Source: a virus (lineage: Duplodnaviria; Caudoviricetes). From it: a stretch of DNA of 64,000 nucleotides. Positions 1 through 7,939 of the stretch are shown here, one piece after another. How positions within the stretch are numbered: position 1 is the first letter of the stretch; every line of letters starts with the position of its first letter. The notes below the pieces were generated by a model. That model saw only the letters and a list, made by a program, of their open reading frames with translations, was not told where the DNA came from and ran no database searches. Where the stretch lies: positions 11,334 through 75,333 of IMG/VR virus record IMGVR_UViG_3300021400_000057; one strand, given 5' to 3'. A program made the position numbers and the translations under genes.

Positions 1-3000
1 ACTCGCGGTCTTGAATCTGCTATGTCTCAGTGGAATCTACAGACCGAGAATACGCAGGAGCTTCTTGTTAATACGAACCGTATCCTTGATGTGTGGACGA
101 AAACAGCACATAGAGGCGCGGCTTCTGCACAAGACATCGCAGATGCTATTCAGTTAGCTGGTACTGCGGCAAATCAAGCGGGCGTATCCTTCGAGTTCTT
201 TAATGCTCTTGTTGCTACTGGTGTTCGTGCTACTGCTCGTACTGGTAATGAAATTGGTACGTCTTTGAAATCAATGATGGTTTCGATGCAGACTGAGAAA
301 GCAGAGAAAGCATTGAAACAGTGGGGTATCTCTTTGAAAGAGGTAGGCACAGACGGCGTAGAGCGCATGAGGAATTTGGAAGATGTTATCCTTGATGTGT
401 CCATGCTTCTTAAATCTACTGATAAAGATACCTCAAAGCTCTTGCTTGCCCTGTCAGGTGGTAAGTTCCAGTATTCTAAAGTATCCGCAATACTCAAAAA
501 TGGTGATGAGCTTTTGCGTATGCTTGCCGAAATCAATGACGCTAGTACGGCAGGATTCACAACTGAACAGATTAAGGTACAGTTAGATACCTTGTCTCGT
601 AAGGTAAATACCCTTAAAGATGATTTGCAGGGCTTGGCATTTAACATCGGTGGTCTTGATACTTTGAAAGGCTTTGCCACACACTTAGATAATGTCGTGG
701 TTGGTTTGTCGAAATTGTCAAAGGGTTTAGGTGGTAATTCACTTGCTGTGGTAACGTGGGCAGTAAAGATTTATGCGTTTATCCGTGCGGTTAAATATGG
801 TTACACTCAGATTCGTGTAATGATTGAAACCGCCAAGGCTCTAAAGACTGCAACACTAGCGTCGGCTACTGCTGAAACTACTGCGGCAAGCATGGTGAAA
901 TCCGCATGGGATAGGAAAATAGAAACATTAGCGGTAGCACGGTTGGCTCGTATGGGTTACACCGTAGAAGAAGCTAAGGCTATGGTGGCTAGTGCAAATG
1001 AGACGAAAGCCGAGATTGCTGAATCTGGCGCACACACAGCGAATACTGCCGCCGTTAAAACAGAAACAGCCGCTTTGCGCGAGAATACTGCGGCAAAGAC
1101 TGGTAATGCTATTGCTTCGGCTGAACAAGCCGCAGGACAAGCCGCAGGAACGATTGGTGCTATGGGCAATGCTATGGGCAAGATGGGTCGGACGGCAGGA
1201 CTTGTCAGCGGAGCACTTGCTATGTTCGGCGGCGAGATTGGCATGGTTGTTACGTTGTTGTCGATTGCTATTCCTATCATCTATACATGGTCAGCCTATA
1301 TTGGCGATGCAGAGAATGAGCTTAAACGTACTGCTGAAGCTCAGGGAGAGAGTGTTGCTAAAACAGAGCAACAGCTTGAACAAGTTGCGCGTCAAGCTGA
1401 TTTAGTCACTCGTTTAGCTAAAGCCTATAATCGTGGTGTAGATTCTTTGAAGGAATGTACTGAGGGTACGGAAGAATATAGTAAGAAGCAGAAGTTTCTC
1501 GAAGATATGAAGAAAAGCATGATTAGTATTCTTAAAGAAGAAGCTGTGCAGTTCGATGAGACTGGTCATGTTCAGCTTGATACTATCAATGAGGTAGCTG
1601 AAAAAGAAGCTGAACATTACACGGAAAAATTGAAGGAAGACAAAGAAAATATAGAGAAAGAAAAAGAAAAGACTCAGGAGTATCTCGATTCGGCTCAGGC
1701 GCGTATGGATTCTTTGAAAGCTGAAATGGAAGTTATTAAAGCCAATGGTCAAGCATGGGATTGGCTAACAAAAATGCGTAATAGTGCTATCGAAGGATTA
1801 GGTACTGGCTTAAAAGCCCTGTCTAATATCAATGTTCCTGATGTTATTACGAGAGCTATGGGGCAAAAAGGATTCTTTGATTCTGTAGGAGATGAGTTAA
1901 TTAAGATTGCAAAGGACGAGGCTCTTGGCGAGCATGGTGACCCTGACGCAATGCAAAAAGAAATTGAGAACGTCGAAGATGAAATAGCAAAGTATCGAGA
2001 CATTATTACTCAATACAATGGTAACCTTGTAACAATCGAGGAAAAACTTAATGCTAAGACACTTAATGATTTGGAGAATAATCCTTCTGACGGCGGTATC
2101 ATTGAGCCTAAAGATGATGAAGAAGGCGGTAAAGGCCGTGGTAGCGGTGGTAGTGGTTCTGGTGGTAAGTCTCGCTTGCCTTACGAATCTGATGAACTTG
2201 CGGCGGCTATTCATGAAGCGGCACAAACACAATACGCCAAGGACAATAGCTTGACCGAGCCTTTGCTCCGTGGTCTTGCTGATGTCCAGTCTGGCTTGTC
2301 GCAGGACTTTAACGACGGTGTAAGGATTGGCGCGTTTGGTGTTACCGAGGAAATGGGCAAACGGTTCGGACAAGATGTCTATACTCCGATTGGTAATGCT
2401 ATGACTGCGGTACTTGCATTGACACAGAAGATTTCTGACGCTGGCGGCGATATGGGTGCGGCTCTTAATAGCTTTACTGGTGGTAATGCTAGTGGTGTCT
2501 ATGCGGCAATGAGAACCCAACAAGATGCTTACAACTATGACGGTACTGATTATATCGGTAGTTCTGATTTTGGTGCTGATGTTATTGCGGCGGCTCGTCA
2601 ACGTCTTGGGCTTCCTTATGGTGGTTCGGATTTGTCTGATGAGTTCCAAGCTGTTTGTACTACGTTTGTTCAGCGTGCGTTAGTTGATGCAGGAGCAGAC
2701 GAAGATATTGTTCGTGGTTTAACTGCTGATGCGAATAATTGGGCGGAAAATGCTGGTGCGGCGTTCCATCCTTACGGTGATGGTTACGCTCCGAAACCCG
2801 GCGATATAGCTTTGACTGGTATTGATGAAAGTGGTCATAGTGGTCATGCCAATATAGTTGATGAAAACGGTACTGGTTATTATTCTGCTGGTGGTTCGGC
2901 AGGAGTGAGCGCACATTATGACACCCCGATTGAAACTGCCTACGAAGGCGACATTGAGGGGTATATTGATATTGCCGCATTGACTGGCAAAACGAGAGGG

Positions 3001-4659
3001 CTTGGACTTCGCTCGAAAGGTAGTAATGCACGCAAGAGTGTCTTTGATTTCCGTCGTAGTGCTTATGAACGGCTTATGTATCAGATACAGAAAGCTAAAG
3101 AGGACTATGAGGATACAGCCAAAGACATTGAGCTTGAACGTGCATTGACTGGTGATTCCTATGAACTTGCGGCGCGTGAAGAATTGAATGAGCAAGCCAA
3201 ACTCACAGCAGAGCAGAATAGCTTGAAACTACTTGAAGCAATGTATAAGGGCGTACAAAAGAGCATTGAGAATACGATTAAGAACGCCCCGGATTTGCAA
3301 GTCGCTCTTGGTCAAGAAGGAGCGAAGTGGGCTGACCTTGTGCCTGAAGAAAAGAAACAGTTGGCAAGCCTCTATAAGAACGATAATGGGGTGTTTGCCG
3401 AACTCGTCAATGAAGAAATTAAATTGCACGATGCGTTGCGTGAACAGCATAAGGTAGTGAAGGAACAAACCTTAAAGGCAAATAAGTATCTCCACATGAG
3501 TATTGAAGAAGCGGCGAAGTTTGAGATAGAGCGTTATCAGATGAAGTATGATAATTTTGAATCTAGCTTGCCAGACGACAATGATTCTTTCTACTTGAAT
3601 CATGTTAAGTCAAATCGTGCGAAGCAGGAAATGTTGAGAGGACAGATTGCCGCGCAGACAACTTGGCGCGATTATGCGTACAATCAATACGTTGATTCTG
3701 TTGCGAAAGACCAAGAGACATTGACTGAATTGCAAGGGAAAATCCAAGCTGGTCAAGAAAATCTTGCGGTTCTTAAACAGCAGGAAGAAGCTGGTAATGA
3801 TGTTGCCTACGCAATCAAACTTCAAAACCTAGAACTTGAACAAAATATTAAGTTGTTTGAGGCTATTGGAAAATTTGGTAGTAACGCAACAATGCGATTG
3901 GAAAAAGGATTCTATGATGCTGATACTGCTCTTAATAAAATGCAAAGGGATTTGGAAAAGGTCGCTAAACAAGACTTGCAGAATATCCGAAATTATGGAG
4001 CGCAGATGTTTACTGACTTGATTGTTGAAGGTAAGAGCTTTGAAGATGTATGGGATTCTTTGTGGAAAGACCTTGCAAGATATACCATCAATGCGATATT
4101 CCAAGTGAATAACTCTGGCAATATTTGGAACTCCTTGTTCAGTTGGTTTGGTGGAGGCAAAGCTACTGGTGGTGGTCTTGCGAAAGGTGGTCGTATTCCC
4201 GGCTATGCACAAGGCGGCGGCATGATTAAAGGTGCTGGTACTGGAACGTCTGATAGTATCTTGGCATATCTCGCCAATAAGGATAGGTTCGTGTATCTGT
4301 CTAACGGTGAGTATGTTATGACTGCGGAAGCTACAAAGCGGCTTGGGGTTAAAAATCTCGACGCTTTGAATGGCTATGCAGACGGCGGGGCGCTTGCTCC
4401 TACACCTTATGTTCCGACGCTCAGTAATCGAGCCACCAAGAGAGCAGGAACGCTCTCGAATAAGAATCCTAATGCTCGTATGGAACAACTCATGCAGGAG
4501 CAGACAAGTGTGATTCAAGGCATGAGTAATGGTGGTAGTGGCCAGATTGTCGTACTGAATACTAAAGCCTCGTCTGCCGACATCTTGAAGGCGATGCAGG
4601 AAAATCCTCGCCAAGTACAGGCAATTCTTGGACAACAGCGTAGAGCAGGATTCCGATAA
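1..4659 (+). CDS. Tail tape measure protein (5' truncated) with degenerate SLT-like and CHAP/NlpC-like domains
   Basis: Frame is open from base 1. N-terminal TMP-type helical region (AQDIADAIQLAGTAANQAGVSFE), long Ala-rich and coiled-coil stretches, C-terminal GYAQGGG..GTGTSDSILAY..LSNGEYVM motif typical of tape measures; precedes the tail-tip genes. Confidence 0.93.
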   Translation, partial: TRGLESAMSQWNLQTENTQELLVNTNRILDVWTKTAHRGAASAQDIADAIQLAGTAANQAGVSFEFFNALVATGVRATARTGNEIGTSLKSMMVSMQTEKAEKALKQWGISLKEVGTDGVERMRNLEDVILDVSMLLKSTDKDTSKLLLALSGGKFQYSKVSAILKNGDELLRMLAEINDASTAGFTTEQIKVQLDTLSRKVNTLKDDLQGLAFNIGGLDTLKGFATHLDNVVVGLSKLSKGLGGNSLAVVTWAVKIYAFIRAVKYGYTQIRVMIETAKALKTATLASATAETTAASMVKSAWDRKIETLAVARLARMGYTVEEAKAMVASANETKAEIAESGAHTANTAAVKTETAALRENTAAKTGNAIASAEQAAGQAAGTIGAMGNAMGKMGRTAGLVSGALAMFGGEIGMVVTLLSIAIPIIYTWSAYIGDAENELKRTAEAQGESVAKTEQQLEQVARQADLVTRLAKAYNRGVDSLKECTEGTEEYSKKQKFLEDMKKSMISILKEEAVQFDETGHVQLDTINEVAEKEAEHYTEKLKEDKENIEKEKEKTQEYLDSAQARMDSLKAEMEVIKANGQAWDWLTKMRNSAIEGLGTGLKALSNINVPDVITRAMGQKGFFDSVGDELIKIAKDEALGEHGDPDAMQKEIENVEDEIAKYRDIITQYNGNLVTIEEKLNAKTLNDLENNPSDGGIIEPKDDEEGGKGRGSGGSGSGGKSRLPYESDELAAAIHEAAQTQYAKDNSLTEPLLRGLADVQSGLSQDFNDGVRIGAFGVTEEMGKRFGQDVYTPIGNAMTAVLALTQKISDAGGDMGAALNSFTGGNASGVYAAMRTQQDAYNYDGTDYIGSSDFGADVIAAARQRLGLPYGGSDLSDEFQAVCTTFVQRALVDAGADEDIVRGLTADANNWAENAGAAFHPYGDGYAPKPGDIALTGIDESGHSGHANIVDENGTGYYSAGGSAGVSAHYDTPIETAYEGDIEGYIDIAALTGKTRGLGLRSKGSNARKSVFDFRRSAYERLMYQIQKAKEDYEDTAKDIELERALTGDSYELAAREELNEQAKLTAEQNSLKLLEAMYKGVQKSIENTIKNAPDLQVALGQEGAKWADLVPEEKKQLASLYKNDNGVFAELVNEEIKLHDALREQHKVVKEQTLKANKYLHMSIEEAAKFEIERYQMKYDNFESSLPDDNDSFYLNHVKSNRAKQEMLRGQIAAQTTWRDYAYNQYVDSVAKDQETLTELQGKIQAGQENLAVLKQQEEAGNDVAYAIKLQNLELEQNIKLFEAIGKFGSNATMRLEKGFYDADTALNKMQRDLEKVAKQDLQNIRNYGAQMFTDLIVEGKSFEDVWDSLWKDLARYTINAIFQVNNSGNIWNSLFSWFGGGKATGGGLAKGGRIPGYAQGGGMIKGAGTGTSDSILAYLANKDRFVYLSNGEYVMTAEATKRLGVKNLDALNGYADGGALAPTPYVPTLSNRATKRAGTLSNKNPNARMEQLMQEQTSVIQGMSNGGSGQIVVLNTKASSADILKAMQENPRQVQAILGQQRRAGFR

Positions 4660-4674
4660 AAAGTTTCGGAAATT

Positions 4675-4710
4675 GTGAATAAACAAAGTTGAAAAAAGTA
4701 TTATAGGTGA
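4675..4710 (+). promoter_or_regulatory. Putative late promoter, copy 1 (GTGAATAAA-N7-GAAAAAWGTATTATRGGTGA)
   Basis: Intergenic; matches 59301-59336 at 27 of 36 positions; contains TATTAT -10-like box. Confidence 0.6.
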
Positions 4711-4714
4711 GGGA

Positions 4715-4770
4715 ACAAAGTGGGTGTTGGACTGGAAACAAAGCCTAGTCCAATACCCTTCTTTGTTTTG
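4715..4770 (+). terminator. Long stem-loop with T-rich tail
   Basis: acaaagtgggtgttggactgg pairs with ctagtccaatacccttctttgt, followed by tttg. Confidence 0.5.
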
Positions 4771-4824
4771 TATAGAGGTCTTTGAATATAAAGGCTTCCA
4801 TAGAGAGCAAAGGAGGAAAAAATA

Positions 4825-5226
4825 ATGGAGGACATTAGCAGATTTGTAGGTATCCCACATCAGTTTAACGGTGACACTTTTGAGAGTTGTGATTGTATTG
4901 GTTTGTGTCGTCTCTTTTATAGAGAGCATGGATGGAAGCAGGACTTTACAGATGGCTCTCCCGTCGAACCAGATTGGCAGAAGAAAGACCCGTTCCGTTT
5001 GGCGCGGTATCTCAATAGTCACTTTACAAAGACAAAGAATGTCGATGATTTGAAGTTTGGTGATGTGGTTCTTTTCAATATCTATGATGACTTTCATCTG
5101 GGGTTGTACTTGGCTTATGGGAAGATGCTTGGTATGCAAGTCCCTGTCAAATATGGAGTAACAATGAGTACGGTGTATCGCCGTGATTGGTGGATGCCGT
5201 TCTTTGTAAGGGGGTATTTAAGATAG
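4825..5226 (+). CDS. NlpC/P60-family tail assembly protein (lambda gpK-like)
   Basis: FVGIPHQFNG..CDCIGL (catalytic Cys), GDVVLF..HLGLY (His); strong SD aaggagg; located after the TMP. Confidence 0.85.
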   Translation: MEDISRFVGIPHQFNGDTFESCDCIGLCRLFYREHGWKQDFTDGSPVEPDWQKKDPFRLARYLNSHFTKTKNVDDLKFGDVVLFNIYDDFHLGLYLAYGKMLGMQVPVKYGVTMSTVYRRDWWMPFFVRGYLR

Positions 5227-7127
5227 ATACGTTCAGCTTTGTTCCGCATAGGGACGTAAAGGTTTCATATCAATTCACCAATAACACTACCTCCTTCTTT
5301 TCGGGGGCAAAGCAAATCAATCGGCGTAGGATTCATGCCGAGAAATCATTTGCTTTTACGGTGTCTGGATTGAAAGAAGAAATGGACGCTCTGATAGCGT
5401 TTTATAACAAACAGCATGGTATGAAAAAAGAGTTTCTCTTTGTTTACGACGGCATAGAGGAACATTGTTTCTTTGCCGCGCCTATCTCTGTATCAGCTAT
5501 TCGTGAGCTTAATAAGGTTGTCGGATATGAGGCAGAAATAAAACTCGCTTGTTCATATCAGACTTCTCCGTATGAAGGTCGCGCCTTGCCTAGCGATATA
5601 TTGGACATTACGCCGAAAGATAAGGTTGAGCATAAGATTGATTGGAATACTAATGTCGTGTCTATGATATTAAATGCAAGGCAGGAAACTTATAGTGAGC
5701 CAACAGAAACATTTACTGTTCGTCTTGTTGGCACAAAAGAAAACCGTGATGAGCTTTGTAGATTGTTTAATTTACATGGGACTATGCCGTTTACATTCCG
5801 CTTTGACGGCAAGGATTATCTTGTACGTTTTCCTGACTCAATCGAGATTACTGATAAGCGGTCAATGACGCAGATAATGGGGTTTGAAAGTAGCTTTGAT
5901 TTGGAAGTTATCAAAACTCCGAATAACGGGACGTACTACCAAGCGCCAACCACAAATATTCCAGCTATTGTTGTGAAGGAAGATTTGAGTTTGCGTGATT
6001 GGTATGAAAACGGGTGCATGATTAAAGGGGTAAGCTATAAAAATAACTTGGATGCTGGCTTGGCAAAGTTACAGAACTTCTATATCACTGACTGCACTAA
6101 CGCATTTTTTGAAGCGCAGGATGTCTACGAGATTCCAGAGCTTGACACTACGAAATGCGAGTTGTTCAGTGGAATGTTCTATAAGTCTAAAGTCAATCTT
6201 GTCAAAGGGCTTGACCTTAGTAAAGCTACTGACACTAATTGTATGTTTGAAGGTTGCGAGATTGAGAGTTTGAACGCCTCGCTTAATATGCCTTTCAATC
6301 AGAACGCACAATGTATGTTCCGTGGGGCTAGGAATATTAAGTCGTTGCCAGACGTTACGATAGGTCTTGATGAAATGCCTCGTGAGCTTTTCCGTGCGGC
6401 GTATAGTTTGGCAAGCGTAAAAAGTATTACGATACCAAATGCGAAAAACTTGAACTATTTGTTTGCAGGAACAGCGATTGAACGCTTGCCAGCATTGGAC
6501 TTTCCAAAACTGGAACAAGCGGTTCTCATGTTTGGTGGTTGCAATTCTCTTAAATCAATCTCGTTTAGGAATAGCGGAGTACCTACAGATGTCTTGGGGA
6601 TGTTTTTGTATTGCTTTGCATTGACTGATGTAAGCAGATTGAATCTGACTGCTGTTGTCCCTGCGGAGTATCCGATTATGTCCAAACTTAATCCAGACAG
6701 CACAAACAACTGTTTGTACTTTGATTTGTTTATGAACAGCGGCGACGATTATTACAATATGTTTGCTGAAAATCCTTCTGACGCTCATAACTATCCGTAT
6801 ATTGGTTCTCATCCAGACGGTCAGGTTCACCTTTACGGTAGTGCTTTGAAGTCAATGACTATCATTGAGGATGCTAAAAAATCATGGCAGGAGCTATTCG
6901 ATAAGTATTATGGTGCTTTAAGTGTTGGCGGCATGATAGAAGGGGAGCGCAATAATAGCGGCGACCTTGTAGCGGAACATTATTACCATTACCACAATTC
7001 AATCGACACATTGACTATCATAGATAGCGATGGCAAAAGCCTTGTTCGATTTAAGAGTAGCGATAAATACGATGGGTACGATTGGATTGAGGATTACAGA
7101 CAATCTCATTATGGAAGTGGGGGATAA
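5223..7127 (+). CDS. Distal/minor tail protein fused to DUF285/BspA-like repeats
   Basis: Two similar N-terminal tail modules (..F.F..DG...V.F) followed by repeats such as LDLSKATDTNCMFEGCE and NAKNLNYLFAGT. The ORF track starts at TTG 5187; SD spacing favours ATA at 5223. Confidence 0.7.
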   Translation: MDTFSFVPHRDVKVSYQFTNNTTSFFSGAKQINRRRIHAEKSFAFTVSGLKEEMDALIAFYNKQHGMKKEFLFVYDGIEEHCFFAAPISVSAIRELNKVVGYEAEIKLACSYQTSPYEGRALPSDILDITPKDKVEHKIDWNTNVVSMILNARQETYSEPTETFTVRLVGTKENRDELCRLFNLHGTMPFTFRFDGKDYLVRFPDSIEITDKRSMTQIMGFESSFDLEVIKTPNNGTYYQAPTTNIPAIVVKEDLSLRDWYENGCMIKGVSYKNNLDAGLAKLQNFYITDCTNAFFEAQDVYEIPELDTTKCELFSGMFYKSKVNLVKGLDLSKATDTNCMFEGCEIESLNASLNMPFNQNAQCMFRGARNIKSLPDVTIGLDEMPRELFRAAYSLASVKSITIPNAKNLNYLFAGTAIERLPALDFPKLEQAVLMFGGCNSLKSISFRNSGVPTDVLGMFLYCFALTDVSRLNLTAVVPAEYPIMSKLNPDSTNNCLYFDLFMNSGDDYYNMFAENPSDAHNYPYIGSHPDGQVHLYGSALKSMTIIEDAKKSWQELFDKYYGALSVGGMIEGERNNSGDLVAEHYYHYHNSIDTLTIIDSDGKSLVRFKSSDKYDGYDWIEDYRQSHYGSGG

Positions 7128-7132
7128 TTCTT

Positions 7133-7927
7133 ATGACGATTCCAGTTTCATTACAACAGATGAAGGATAAGGGAGAAACCTTCTTCATCGAATTGTATGA
7201 GATTGCTTTGCGAACAGGAACAATTTACCTTGCCGCTTGCGACGAGGATATTGAGTTTAACGGGCAAACCTATATAGCCGTCCCGTTTGAGCGCGGAGAA
7301 ATCTCAAAGTCTATCGACCAAGTAACAGACCAATGCACTATCAGTATTGGTGATGTTGATGAAGATAGGCTTGCTTATATTATGAATGGCTTTGATTTTC
7401 GAGGGTGTGCGGCGGCAATTACGCGCATAGCATACCCCGATAGCCTAGAAACCAATCAAGGGTTTTATGTGTTTGGTGGATACCTTGATAACCCTGCTTA
7501 TGAGGACGGAGTGTTCTCTTGTACGATTAAGAGTTATTTCCCGAATATCCAAGCCCCTTCTCGTTCATATCAACTATCGTGCAATAGCGCGTTTGGTGAT
7601 TGCGTATGCGGTCAAAGCAAAGACAGGACAACGCTTAAAGTGACTGCCGTGCATACTGACGGCTCGTTCCGTGTAGGTAAGAGCTATGCCACTAATTACT
7701 GGAAGGACGGACTCGTATCAATCTCTGGTGAGTCTAGGCTTATCACTGGTTCTGACGATACTATAATCCGTGTCAATTATGGTTTCATACAGGACAACCT
7801 TGTTGGCAAGACTGCGGTATTGGAGCGCGGCTGTGATAAAACCTATGAGACGTGCAAGAACCGCTATAATAACCTGAAAAAATTTTCTGGCTTTCCAGCG
7901 ATTCCGTTTGAAAGTCAATACAGATAA
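7133..7927 (+). CDS. Minor tail protein, gpL/DUF2163 (BR0599)-like
   Basis: FIELYEI..YLAACDEDI.FNG..Y.A.PF; Cys motifs C....GD..C and GCDKTYETCKNRYNNLKKFSGFPAIP are characteristic of this family. Confidence 0.85.
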   Translation: MTIPVSLQQMKDKGETFFIELYEIALRTGTIYLAACDEDIEFNGQTYIAVPFERGEISKSIDQVTDQCTISIGDVDEDRLAYIMNGFDFRGCAAAITRIAYPDSLETNQGFYVFGGYLDNPAYEDGVFSCTIKSYFPNIQAPSRSYQLSCNSAFGDCVCGQSKDRTTLKVTAVHTDGSFRVGKSYATNYWKDGLVSISGESRLITGSDDTIIRVNYGFIQDNLVGKTAVLERGCDKTYETCKNRYNNLKKFSGFPAIPFESQYR

Positions 7928-7939
7928 GGGGGTGAAATC

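Noticed and set aside
3829-5139. Long antisense ORFs (3829-5139 minus, 53100-54755 plus, 17987-18910 minus)
   Set aside because: Shadow frames of strongly supported genes, with no recognisable motifs or SD.
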